DNA from: Octopus vulgaris
Lineage: Eukaryota
Direction of reading: 5' to 3'
Assembly (NCBI GenBank): GCA_951406725.2
Contig: OX597823.1
Span: 30,938,001 to 31,002,000, forward strand
Length of the DNA: 64,000 nucleotides
The notes under the pieces were generated by a model. The model saw only the letters and a program-made list of their open reading frames with translations. It did not search any database and was not told where the DNA came from. Positions 11,274 through 24,414 of the stretch are shown piece by piece. Positions within the stretch are counted from its first letter, which is position 1, and each line of letters opens with the position of its first letter. A program made the translations under genes and the position numbers.

Positions 11274-11714
11274 TATATAGTACGTACCACCTTGGCATGT
11301 GTCCTCTACTATAGAACCGAACCGTGTGAATGAATTTGGTAGATGGAAACCGAAAGAAGTCCGTCGTGTATATATCTCATTACTCGTTATGTCCCTTTTC
11401 TAAGATGCAGGAATGATTTGAAAGAAACTTGGCTCTTATTTCAAGCGTCAAGTACAAAGAGGATCACTAATTGCCCTGGATTCTGTACATTTATATAAGT
11501 GTGTAAATGCTTCTCTTACGTAAGGACATAAAGCTACAAACAAAACATACTAGAGTCTGCCTTGGTCTACCCAACGTCGTCTCTTACAAGCAACTATTCA
11601 ACCCTTAAAAAGTCTTACAGTATTTTATTGTGCCAGATAAGATCAGTTCTAGCGTATGATTTATAAAGCTATGGTCGTTTATGTACGCATAGACGTATGT
11701 ATGAACGCAATGTA

Positions 11715-11841
11715 GTCTTTTCTACGCTTGGCACAAGGCCCGAAATCTTTTGAGGAGGGGGGGCAGTCGATTAGATCGACCCAGTACGCAACTGGTACCT
11801 AATTTATCGACCCCGAAAGGATGAAAGGCAAAGTCGACCTC
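11715..11841 (-). mobile_element. SINE family 2, 3' fragment
   Basis: Reverse complement of central domain and tail. Confidence 0.8.
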
Positions 11842-11860
11842 ATGAATGTAATGTAATACA

Positions 11861-11893
<33 letters not shown>

Positions 11894-12281
11894 TGTATGT
11901 CATTATTCAGTTTATTTCTAGATTTCTCGCTAATAGGGAAGGAGCCGGTTTCTAACCTAGATCCAACGCTCCTTCATTGGAATTTCAACATCAGCAACAG
12001 GTTATGTATGTATGTATACATGTATGTATGTATGTATGTATGTATGTATGTATGTGTGCAGATTTGTATTTTTTGCTTTATGTATGTATTCTCATGCATA
12101 TACTTGGATATCTACACATGCTCATATATATTTAAATGATAAACTTCTGGAAAGTTCTACTGACTTTTACAGTTCCAGTGTATGTATGCATGTATGCATA
12201 TCCGTATGTATGTAGTATGTATGTACTTACGTATGTAGAACGGTAGGTATGTGTGTATGCGTGTACATATATAGATATGTA

Positions 12282-12360
<79 letters not shown>

Positions 12361-12365
12361 ATATA

Positions 12366-12414
<49 letters not shown>

Positions 12415-12516
12415 ACCATTTTTCATGCCGAATTCTACTTGGTGGAATTATTAATTACTAGTTAATTAATTAATTTTACCCGTTATTATTATTAATTATA
12501 AATATATGTATGTATG

Positions 12517-12547
<31 letters not shown>

Positions 12548-12551
<4 letters not shown>

Positions 12552-12810
12552 AAACTGAAAAAAATTGTTGTATATATGTATGTGCGTGTATATGTTTGTG
12601 TGTCTGTGTTTGTTCCCCCACCCAACATCACTTGGCAACCAATTCTGGTGTGTTTACGTCCCCGTAACTTAGCGGTTCGGCAAAAGAGACCGATAAAATA
12701 AGTACTAGGCTTACAAAGAATAAGTCCTGGGGTCGATTTGCTCGACTAAAGGTGTTGCTCCATCATGGCCACAGTCAAATGACTGAAACAAGTAAAAGAC
12801 TAAAAGAGTA
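12548..12810 (+). mobile_element. 5'-truncated CORE-type SINE
   Basis: Matches 185-453. Confidence 0.85.
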
Positions 12811-12889
12811 ATCAGTATATATATATATATACATGCAGCCATTTTTCTTCCTGATTACTTTGCCATGGATGCCAAAGACATTTTCCAAT

Positions 12890-14660
12890 GGTTACCGTGA
12901 ATCCATGTCACTATTTAATAAAGTTTATTCCATAACTATTGTAGGTCTTTACAGGCTTCCTCGTGCTCCTCAACTGTGCTTTGAAAAGTGCCTCACCAAA
13001 ATCAATTCCTTTCTCCAAAACTCTGGGAACATATTAATGATGGGTGATTTTAATTTCCTTTATGTGAACTGGCCTACAAATACACGGAAGTTAGGTAACT
13101 GCACTACACCAGACAAAGCAGCAGCAGCCGCAGCCACAGCAGTAGCAGCAGAATTAAGATTTAATTTAATGGATGAATTTTTCCTAACCCAAATTCTTCT
13201 TGAACCAACAAGACAAGATAAAACTATCCTGGACCTGCTTTTAACAAACCTCTCTAGCGCCAACCATAGCTTTTCAGTTGAAAAACCTCTTCTGTCTGAT
13301 CCCGATATGGTACTCTGCAACCTTAGTGTTTGGCATACCAAAGTCAAACCAGTGACATTCGGCCGAGTGCACCTGTTCGACAACATCAATCTTCAGAAAG
13401 CGGACTGGGGATCTCTCACTTATCGATTGATCCTTCACTCACCGTTCCTCTGATATTGAAACAACAAGGCATCGCTTTGAGAATATTGTTACTTATACAT
13501 GCTCAAAACCCGCTCTTACGAAACTCACAAGCACGAACAGAAATTGGCTCCCAAGAGAGAAATAAACACTCAATAAATACAATAAAAAAACTCAATAAAT
13601 ACAATCAAACAATTAAAAGTCAACTACTAACAACATCGGCAATCAACAGCAATAAGAAGACTTGAGTTGAAAAATATTATTCGCAGACAGTATGAAAACC
13701 AACATCAACAACCAAAGAGCTGCAGAGGAAAACCGGGTAACCAAAAAATCAAAAAAAATCAAACAGAACCTGAAAGTGTTCTATTTATATGCCAACAAGT
13801 ATAGGACCGCTGTCTCACCTGTTTGGTCCACTGATTGATGACAACAGCATTCCCCACCATGACACCAAAGGAATAGCAAAAATACTGCAGAAACTATACA
13901 GATCTTTCTTTGGTGATCCCACTGATATTGACACAACGGATCTGAACGAACTCCGTCCCCAACATATCAAATTTGACATAACTTCTACTGCGTCAGACAA
14001 CATAGCTGCAATAAATGGAATCAAGTGTTATTCTGCTGTAGGCACCAATAGATTCCCTGCTGGTGTCCTGAAGGAATGTAGACACCAACTTGCAATCCCT
14101 CTAACCAACCTCTGGAGAAATTCTTTAAACTTTGGCTATATACCGAAACAGTTCTTATCCCAGTTTATTATCCTGGTCTTTAAAAAAGGAAACAGGTCTC
14201 TTGCAGTTAACTATCGTCCAATCTCACTCACCTCCCATATCATCAAAGCGTTTGAAAAAGAGGTGAGATCAAGGACAACTGGTTTCCTGGGGAGCCACAA
14301 TCTTCTAAATTTCAACCAGCATGGCTTTCTTTGCGGCAGATACTGTCTAATACAGCTTTTACATCACATCGATAATGTCCTAAAAGCTTTGGGATCAGGT
14401 TAAAACTCTCTCATATACCTTCACTTCAGCAAAGCGTTTGATACATTCAACCACAATATTCTCCTGTTAAAATTGTCAGACTGTTGCATTAGATTAAGTA
14501 TTTCCAGGTGAACAGAACACAACCGATTACAATCGGTAGAATCCACTCGTGCCCAGCAAAAGTCACCAGTTGTGTCACCCCCAGGGGTTGTCCCTTGGTG
14601 GAGTGGTGTTAATAGTCTATATAAACCACATCTCAAGCGTCATCAAACAGCAAAGTAAAA
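12890..14660 (+). pseudogene. Decayed CR1/L2-group LINE ORF2 (AP endonuclease + N-terminal RT)
   Basis: Motifs GLYRLP, LMMGDFN, EPTR..ILDLLLTN, SDPDMV, FKKGNRSLAVNYRPISLTS, NQHGF, YLHFSKAFD; several stops and frameshifts. Confidence 0.9.
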
Positions 14661-14699
14661 ATAAAATGCTAAAATGACTTTTTAATCTCTCTCTGTGAA

Positions 14700-14777
<78 letters not shown>

Positions 14778-14787
14778 CCTATCAACC

Positions 14788-14887
<100 letters not shown>

Positions 14888-14894
14888 CATAAGC

Positions 14895-15150
14895 AAATCC
14901 AATGGAAAAGGAAAGTAAACGACAAAGGTCCAAAGGTTTTGATGTTAATATTATTAGGCTGACGTTCAAAAAGGGGGAAAAAGTTATAGAGTAAAAAGTG
15001 TGGCATTTCGGTCATTGATTTTCGTCGGACGCTCGACAAAAGTCCAAGGAGAAACAAGGAAGAGACAAATAGGGTTACAAAAAATGAGAGAAGAGAGCCA
15101 GGTAAAAACGGTACGTGGGTTAAGTTGACATGTTTGACCTCTGATATTAA
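14895..15150 (-). mobile_element. Short element with decayed minimal HHR (family G)
   Basis: Minus 15032-14998: GCGT CCGACGA A AATC aat GACC GAAATGCC ACAC. Confidence 0.5.
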
Positions 15151-15275
15151 CACGCACGCACACACACACACACACAAACACACACATACATACACACACG
15201 CACACACATACACACATGAATGTAAAATGATGTGCGTGTGCGTGTTTGTGTGTGTGGAAATGCTTGTTTGTCGAT

Positions 15276-15337
<62 letters not shown>

Positions 15338-15354
15338 TCCCAAGTAAGTATATA

Positions 15355-15530
15355 TATAGTTGAAATTTACAGAAAAACAATAGATGAAGGCAGGCGTATA
15401 AACAACAAGCAGGTGGGTGTATTAGTTTGACGCTTAGGAAGGTGAGGAAGTCTTTTACGTTTCGAGCCTACGCTCTTCAACAGAAAGGAGCACGAGGAAA
15501 TAAACAGAGAGAATAAAAAACTTTTGGAGT
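15355..15530 (-). mobile_element. Family B HHR-like element
   Basis: Minus: CTTTCTGTTGAAGAGCGTAGGCTCGAAACGTAAAAG. Confidence 0.8.
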
Positions 15531-15540
15531 AAGTATACAA

Positions 15541-15577
<37 letters not shown>

Positions 15578-15789
15578 AATACACACACACACACACAAAT
15601 ACACACACACACACACACATACACACATGTATGTACAAGGCTACAAAGAAAACCTTGTGACGTCAGGTAGCAGTTATCTATACCAAAGTCTTCGCATTCC
15701 TCTCTGGTCATTCGAACATTTAACCATAAAAATTACTGACTTTGCTTCAATTTTTCGCCCCCTACAATCCACCTACACCGTCACTCCCG

Positions 15790-15830
<41 letters not shown>

Positions 15831-16011
15831 TTCTATTATATCTTACTGTATCTTCCGTCTCTCTCATCCATTTATATTTTCTCTACATTTATGTCTCTAC
15901 CCTTTCTCAAACACACACACACACACACAGAACTCACCCTCGCTTCTTGTGTTTCTGTCTGTCTGTCTGTCTCTCTCTCTCTCATACCTGCGTATATATG
16001 TGTAAGTTTGG

Positions 16012-16049
<38 letters not shown>

Positions 16050-16051
16050 CT

Positions 16052-16097
<46 letters not shown>

Positions 16098-16213
16098 ACA
16101 ATATATACATTTAATATGTATATGCATATGCCTATATGTATACATATATATGTACACACATACACAAACATGTTAGTATCTTGCACACTACACACACATA
16201 GAGAAATATATTC

Positions 16214-16250
<37 letters not shown>

Positions 16251-16283
16251 TCCCCCCATTTTGTTTACTTAGTACCTCTTTAT

Positions 16284-16320
<37 letters not shown>

Positions 16321-16832
16321 CCGCTCTCACAAACATTCACAATCTCTATTTTCCTCCCTACCCCACTCTTTCTTTAAATACTTATCTCAAACCATTCCTC
16401 CCTCCACTTGTTCACCCCTTTCACTCCCCCTCCATTACTTATTTATCTCCTCCTTTCCTCTCACTTTCCTCCTACCTATACGTTCATTGATACTGCACTA
16501 TTTCCATTACACCTAAAATAAAATACTAAGGCTGACAAAGAAGAAAAAAATTAAGGCTAAAAGATACAATCTCCTCAATTCTTACTTCCTTTTATCATTG
16601 CCCTTTTTTCCCTTTCATTTTTTTTTTCTTCCTATTTTAGTGAATTATCGGTTACTTTATCAAAAAAATTTGAATTCCAGGCTAAGCATTTAAAAAGTCG
16701 TCTGCAAACAAAGTGTATTTTGTCTTCGTCCGAAATGTTATCTGGTTGTAATAGAGTTCCGTTAATGTCGGCAGCGATCGAGATAATACGTGAAATATAT
16801 ATTATGGAAGCCGGTCGGCCGATAATACATGA

Positions 16833-17047
<215 letters not shown>

Positions 17048-17082
17048 AACATATATACACAAAGATATGCATACGTATCTAT

Positions 17083-17132
<50 letters not shown>

Positions 17133-17224
17133 TTATATAAGTGTGTGTGCGTATGTGTATGTGTGTGTATAGAGTGTGCTTATTTTCGGATATATGATCC
17201 ACTGACGATATATGTATCGTCAGT

Positions 17225-17272
<48 letters not shown>

Positions 17273-17510
17273 GCTCTGCGCATGTAACCCAAACATACTA
17301 CCATACGTATGTCACGTACGTACGCGCCTTCCACTGTGTGCATGTTTATGCATGTTTGTATATGAGTGTGTTTGTGTGTGTGTAGTTAACGGCTAACATA
17401 TTTTTATGCGTGACACACTTCATATGTATATATATCGTGTGTGTGTGTGTGTGTACGCTTAAAGACAATTCTACATTAATTTGATGGGTTATTCTACTCT
17501 TATGTAGTAT

Positions 17511-17656
17511 TCTTAAAGAACAAGAATATTATTGACAGTCACTTCGAAGTTTCTGCAACTTAGGCCATTGTTGGACTGTTAAGCCATCGTTGGTAGTCCG
17601 ACGATGGCGTAACTGTCCGAAATTTCGATGTCACTGTCTATAATATTCGTCTTTAA

Positions 17657-17657
<1 letters not shown>
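17511..17657. mobile_element. Head-to-head inverted pair of HHR-bearing element (family E)
   Basis: Plus: GTAGT CCGACGA...CC GAAA TTTCGAT GTC ACTGT (17593-17637); minus partner has palindromic ACTTCGAAGT and ACAGT/ACTGT helix I. Confidence 0.65.
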
Positions 17658-17732
<75 letters not shown>

Positions 17733-17869
17733 CACAAAAATTCCGATTTGAACTGCAATTGAAGATGTAATTTTGTGACTCCTCTTTCTAAAGCGGCTAG
17801 AAGTGGCTTCCCTTTGAGTCGTTAGGTATAGATTAAAGCAGAAAAGAAAATGAAAACGGTTTGGCAAGA

Positions 17870-18280
17870 CTTGACAGGGACATTTAATTTAGCTATATAG
17901 TAAAATTTAGCTATATAATAAAAGTCTCTGGCAGCTGTTTCTAGAATGTCTCAGCTATTGGAATATCAGCGAAGATTCCATATGCTGGGTATACCGTCTT
18001 CGGAAAGAGATAAATTAAACATATGTAACATTTGAAGAAAATTTCTCATCAACGATAGTTATTATTGTACATTATGTCTAGGAAAAAGCCATTTAATCCG
18101 ATTAAAACGAGTATCCATTAGGTAAATCCATTTTTCCTCGCCATGGATTACTATCGAAACATTGTTCATGGATTTACTGTTTTAATCGGATATAACTGGA
18201 TTTCTCCGCCCTTCTAGACATAATGAACCATAACAACTATCGTTGGTGAGGAATTTTCTTCCAATGTTACATACGTTTAA

Positions 18281-18290
<10 letters not shown>
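17870..18290 (-). mobile_element. Foldback element with long-helix-II HHR (family A-like)
   Basis: Inverted repeat ~18005-18108 vs 18179-18287; minus TCTTT CCGAAGA (18003-17997)...GAAAC AGCT GCC AGAGA. Confidence 0.65.
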
Positions 18291-18312
<22 letters not shown>

Positions 18313-18630
18313 AGCCTATGGAATCCTCGCTCGACACGATGGATCAATCCAAAGTGGTGGACCAACAAAACTATAAAGCCGAATTGAATGCCTTGCCGTA
18401 TTTTCTTCCGGCTTTTTGCGCTCTGAGTTCAAATCCTACACCAATTATTTCTTTTGTCTTTCCGGGTGAAATTGAAAAATCAATCCAGGGTGGCGCATGC
18501 TAGGATATCTTGCGCAATTTGTTCTACTCTGCGGTCAAATACCGCCATGGCCTACAGAAAAGATTTATGTTATAACCAGCATAAGAGTACTTGTAAACTC
18601 TGTGTGAGCATGTGTGTGTGTAATATATAT

Positions 18631-21600
18631 GTAGTCTCGGCACTCTTCCGGCAGTTCCTGCAATCAAGCTGGTGCCAAACGTAATGCTCTGCACTCCTTT
18701 GGACTACATCAGCAAGGTCGAGAGAGGAATCCTGACGATTTTCTTATTTCTAACCCAGGCCTGCGCAAAAACTGGTGAGGATGCTTCAGTGCTGCTGTAA
18801 AAAGTGGCTGAAAAAACACGGGAGGTAGCAGTTACGAGTGATAAGTCCATTCATATTGGCGTAAGATATGGGCGCTACGGGTTACCTCTGACGGAAGGAG
18901 GGACCCCGTGTCCCACTGGTTAGCTACTGCCCACCTCAAGCTGGGCAGCCCCCAGTTAATAAGGTGCTGTCCCGCCACAGGCTGCCTGCTTCATTGGGTG
19001 ATTGGAGCTAAGAGTTTGGTTTGAAAAACGGCCTGCAACCTCTGTACCAGGCAAACAACTAAAAGACAAGAAACCACCAGTCCTGCGGTTAGCAAGTTGG
19101 AATGTCAGGACCATGTGCCCTGGCATATCTGATGATCTACTCAGGGTTGAAAACACAAGAAAGACGGCTATCATTGACCGTGAACTAAAGAGGCTTAACA
19201 TAGACATTGCTGGACTGCAGGAGACAAGACTCACCTCAAACGGCAAACTCAAAGAACAGGATTTCACCTTCTTTTGGCAGGGAAGCGATTCAGAAGAACC
19301 CAGTCAGCATGGTGTTAGCTTTGCAGTGAGAAACTAATTACTTTCCTCAATAGAACCATCACCAGGAGGAACTGACTGTATCCTCTCACTGCGCCTCTCG
19401 ACTTCTTCTGGTTCAGTACATCTACTGAGCATCTATGCTCCCGCTCTCTACAGCTCAGAGGAGACCAAGGACCAGTTCTACAAATATCTCAACTGTGTCA
19501 TTAGAAATATACCAACCAATGAAAACATCTACCTTCTAGGAGATTTTAACGCTCGCGTGGGATCTGACCATGATTCGTGGCCCATTTGTGTTGGACACTT
19601 CGGTATTAGCAACATGAATGACAATGGTCAGAGACTACTTGAATTTTGCACATACCATAACCTGTGCATAACCAACACATTCTTTGCCAACAAGCCATCC
19701 CATAAGGCATCTTGGAGACATCCAAGATCTCACCACTGGCATCAGCTGGATCTCATCATTACACGAAAATCTCATCTGAATTCTGTTCAACTGACCCGTA
19801 GTTACCACAGCGCGGATTGTGACACAGATCATTCAATAATAAGAAGTAGGGTGAGGATTCTGCCGAAAAAAGTCCATCACTCCAAGAAAATGGGCTGACC
19901 ACGCATTAACACTGCCAGAACCTCGGACCCTACACTGCGAAAATGTTTTGCTGTTTCTATCAAGGTGTCCCTCAGTAGCTGCCCAACCTCCTCTGCTGAA
20001 AGTAGGTGGAATTATATCAGGGAAGCTTTGTATACCACATCAATAGATACTTTCGGCATGAGAGAAAGGCAAAACCCAGATTGGTTCAGTACTGGGCTCT
20101 CAGAGCTGGAACCAGTTATCGAAGCAAAGCGTGCAGCTCTGATGCAATACAAAAGTGATTCTTCTACAAAGTCACTCGAAGAACTCAGAAAGGTAAGAAA
20201 TAAAACCCAACAGACTGCTAGATGCTGTGCAAATAGGTATTGGCACGAAATCTGTCAGAGTATGCAGTCAGCTGCTGACAGTGGGATGTATGCCGGTTTG
20301 AAGAAGACCCTCGGTCCATCAGCAACCAAGTCAGCCCTTCTGAAATCAACTACTGGGGATTTCATCAAGGACCAAAGCAAGCAAATGGATAGATGGGTGG
20401 AGTACTACCAGGATCTCTACATACGGGAGACCACGGTAGCTTAGGCTGCAATCGAGGGTGTCAAGATCTTGCCAGTCATGTGCGAACTTGACAGTCTGCC
20501 ATCTATAGCAGAGCTCACCAAGGCTATTGACTCCTTAGCAAGTAACAAAGCTCCGGGAAAAGACGGCATCCCCTAGAGATCATCAAAGCCGGCAAAAACA
20601 CCATCCTGCTTCGGAACCTTCATGAGTTTCTGTGTCAGTGCTGGGAAGAGCTGAGGATAAGCGGGATGATAACATCATTACGCTTTACAAAAACAAAGGT
20701 GACCGTTGTGATTGTAACAATTACCGTGGAATATCTCTTCTAAGCACTGTTGGAAAGCCCTTTACTCGCGTTATCCTGTCCAGGCTACAACTGCTTGCTT
20801 CTCGAATTTATCAGAATCGCAGTGTGGCTTTAGAAGAAGCAGATCAACTATTGACATCATATTCTCCATACGCCAACTTCAGAAGTCCAGAGAGCAGAAA
20901 ATGCCATTATATATGGCCTTCATTGATCTGACAAAGGCCTTTGACTTGGTAAGTAGAAAAGGCCTCTTCATCCTGCTCCTAAAAATCGGATGTTCACCAA
21001 AGCTGCTGAGGATCATCAAATCTTTCCATGATGATAAGCAAGGCACCATACATCACAATGGTTCAACATCAGCCGCCTTCCAAATAAAAAACGGGTTAAA
21101 GCAAGGTTGTGTCCTTGCTCCTACATTATTTGGCATCTTCTTTTCGCTGCTGCTCTCACATGCCTTTGAGACATCAGATGATGGAGTGTTTCTGCACAGT
21201 AGAAGTGACGGGAAACTGTTCAATCTCTGGCGTCTGCGTGCTAAGACCAAAATCAGAAGCGTCCTGATCAAGGAGATACTATTTGCTGATGATGCCGCTT
21301 TGGTATCATACACAGAAGAAGCCCTGCAAAGGCTCATCAACTGTTTTGAGCAAGCTTAGTTATCAGCCTCAAGAAGACCAACATCATGGGTCAGGCTACA
21401 TCGGACATCCCAAACATACATATTGGAGACCAGAGACTACAGGAAGTAGAGAAGTTTACTTATCTTGGCTCTACCGTTACCTCTCTGAGTTCAATATACG
21501 CATTGGCAAGGCAGCTGCTGTGATGGCCCAACTCTCCAAACGGGCATGGGACAACAATAAGTTGACCAAGACTACAAAAATGAAGATTTACCAGGCATGT

Positions 21601-22258
21601 GTACTTAGCACTCTACTGTATGCAAGTGAGACTTGGACGCCATACACACGCCAAAAGCGCCGCCTAAATATCTTTCACTTGCGCTACTTCCGGAAAATCC
21701 TTGGCATCAAATGGCACAATCATGTCCCCAATAAAGATGTCCTCAAGCAAGCAGGAATACCAAGCATGTTTGCATTCCTCACACAAAGACGTATGAAATA
21801 GCTTGGACATGTTAGCCGTATGAAAGATGGCAGAATCCCCAAGGACATACTCTACGGAGAGCTTGCTAGGGGCACTAGGTCTGTGGGACGACCGTTCTTA
21901 CGATACAAGGATGTTTGCAAAAGGGACATGAAAGCCTTCGACATCAATATTAGCAACTGGGAAGCAGTTGGCAGCAACCGTGGAGATTGGCGACGTACCG
22001 TAAAAGAGGGAACACAAAGGAGTGACAGAGGGAGAGAGGAGAAATGGAAAGACAAGAAAAGACGTCAACAAGAAACTATGACTTTACAACCAGCCAGGCA
22101 AAGTCTTCGTTACATTTGCGGCACCTGCCAGACGGAGTATTTGTCTAGGATAGGACTACACAGCCACAGCAGGAGATGTATTAGGACATGAAATGTAAAA
22201 GCCGGACTAGATTATTTTATGCGCAACCGAGACAAAAAGGATGCCAACAACAACAACA
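18631..22258 (+). mobile_element. Near full-length decayed RTE-clade (BovB-like) LINE: APE-RT ORF, C-terminal C2H2-like motif, (CAA)n tail
   Basis: LASWNVRT, GLQETR, LGDFNARVG, QLDLI..DTDH, KNKGDRCDCNNYRGISLL, FIDLTKAFD, GLKQGCVLAP, LFADD, CGTC..SRIGLHSH; scattered stops and frameshifts. Confidence 0.95.
18879..19020 (+). ncRNA. Candidate HDV-like (L1Tc/Ingi-type) ribozyme in RTE 5'UTR
   Basis: P1 GGGTTAC/GCAGCCC, P3-L3 CCA CCTCAAGC TGG, J4/2-like GCTAA at 19007; P2 weak. Confidence 0.45.
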
Positions 22259-22280
22259 TCTATATCTATATCTATATCTA

Positions 22281-22361
<81 letters not shown>

Positions 22362-22377
22362 CTATCTATATATATAT

Positions 22378-22617
22378 ACGTTTAAATATTTGTTGTGCAA
22401 GATTTTTTATGTGAAGTCGTGTGTTGAAACAGATATTGTTATATTTCGGAATGGTCATATTGCCAGTTTAGCCAATAAAAACACACGCACTATATATTTG
22501 GCCGAAATAAGATTAAGATTAATGTAAAAAATAAATATCACTGAAGCAAAATAACACCAAATATATAGTGCGTGTGTTTTTATTGGCTAAACTGGCAATA
22601 TGACCATTCCGAAATAT

Positions 22618-22626
<9 letters not shown>
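22378..22626. mobile_element. Perfect ~70-bp inverted repeat element carrying an ORF start (family D2)
   Basis: 22432-22501 is the reverse complement of 22557-22626; minus ATG 22458 reads MTIPKYNNICFNTRLHIKNLAQQIFKR. Confidence 0.8.
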
Positions 22627-22683
<57 letters not shown>

Positions 22684-22734
22684 TATTATATCAAGGGCTA
22701 TTACTATTGCTGTAACGGGACTCTACAGTCAAAC

Positions 22735-23265
22735 TACTTCAATAAATATGCACAGGCACCGAAATCGTGGGAATGACATAGAAGTTCCTTTAAAAAAAAA
22801 AGGTTTAGTTGCATATCATTAATGATTTCATGATCAGCATGTATAGTATGCTCTCCAATCATCAGTGCAAACATAACCAGAAAATATAAATATAAACATC
22901 TCTACATACAAAGCGAACAACAACGCATCTAACAGAGATACTTGATAAATCTTATATAGATTTTATCCTTCTATTTTATCTAAAAATTAAACCGGAATAT
23001 ATTCAGTGCTGAATTATTTCGATTATAACGTGCGGCCGAGATGAACACGAGGAACTATTTTTCCCGGATATATAAGTATGAACATTTGTATATGCTCTGC
23101 AGGATGCGTTGTTGTTCGCTTGATATGTAGAGATGCTTATATTTATATTTTCTGGTTATCTTGTACTGATGATTGTAGAGCATATCATACATGTTAAACC
23201 TTTTTAAAAGAATTTCTCCTAAGCTCATTCCTTCGAATTCGGCGCCAGTGTATATTTATTGAAGT
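22735..23265. mobile_element. Foldback element (family F) with ~200-bp arms
   Basis: 22735-22960 vs 23070-23265 inverted; HHR complete in left arm, 3' half deleted in right arm. Confidence 0.8.
22809..22870 (-). ncRNA. Type-I hammerhead ribozyme motif with intact core
   Basis: TTGCA CTGATGA TTGGAG AGCAT actatac ATGCT GATCAT GAA ATCATTAATGAT A TGCAA; 5-bp helix I, palindromic helix III, AUA triplet; base of helix II irregular. Confidence 0.65.
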
Positions 23266-23939
23266 CGGTTGACTTTAGAGTCCAGTTACAGCGTGAGGCG
23301 TTACTTATAGTAATAGCCCTTGGTATAATAATGTATTTCATATATAAGAAAAAAATTATATACTTTGTATTAATTTTTTCCTCAATTGGTTTTCCACGCT
23401 GGCTACTTCATAAATTTTGTATAGATTTTATCCTTATGTATATATATATATATATGCCTGCGCAATTGTTTGTATGTCTATCTCTCTCTATCATCTATGT
23501 CCCTTTCACACACAATATATATATATATATATATATATGCCTGTAGGTATACATATATAAATGTATTTGTGTTTGCGTGTGCATGTGTGTGTGAATGTGT
23601 GTGAATGTGTGTGAACGTGTGAATGTGCGTGAGTGTGTGTGTGCGTTATAGACGCAAAGAAAGTGAATTTTCTGCTTGTAAGATTAATGAACAAAATTTG
23701 AATGAATGTCTTTTGAACTCGCCATTGTATCTGCTCTTCAGATGAGGACTTTACAAACCCACTCAATTTCTGCTTGTTTCTACACACCACCTTCTATTAT
23801 TAAATCCTTGATTTTTCTAGATCAAAGAAGAAGCTAGTTCTGTCTGGACCTACTTTTACACTTTGTAGAGAATATATTTCCCTTTCCTTTTCCCCATTCT
23901 CCCACTTTTTAACTTCGCTTTTTCTTGCGCTAGGCGGAT

Positions 23940-24029
<90 letters not shown>

Positions 24030-24414
24030 ATGCTTCCATGTAGATAGATCTGGAAACTATCGATGGTAGTTATTCCGTCATAGAAGTTAAGCTTAACAGA
24101 ACAGGTCTAACAGAAGGCGCATCATATCTGCAACGATTAAGTCTGGCTAGATATTGCTGGGCTGCAGTGAGAACATATTGTATGATGTGTCAGGATATAT
24201 GGAATAAGATGTACTGAGAGCAGGTCATGTGCAGAGTGTTCAAGTCAGAATATTATATGCGGGATACACTCCGAATATATACCCTTTCTTTCAGACTGGT
24301 ATTCATCATGGGCAACACCTGGACGTTGCTGACTCGAGTCTTGATTCAAAGGGCCGGTTACCTGGTTTTCATGACGTACAACTGACCGAGTTCGCAATAT
24401 TACCCCTGGACAGA

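Noticed and set aside
11900-12002. HHR-like CCAATGA...GAAACCGGCT on minus strand
   Set aside because: Several core mismatches and no clear helix II; cannot be supported from one copy.
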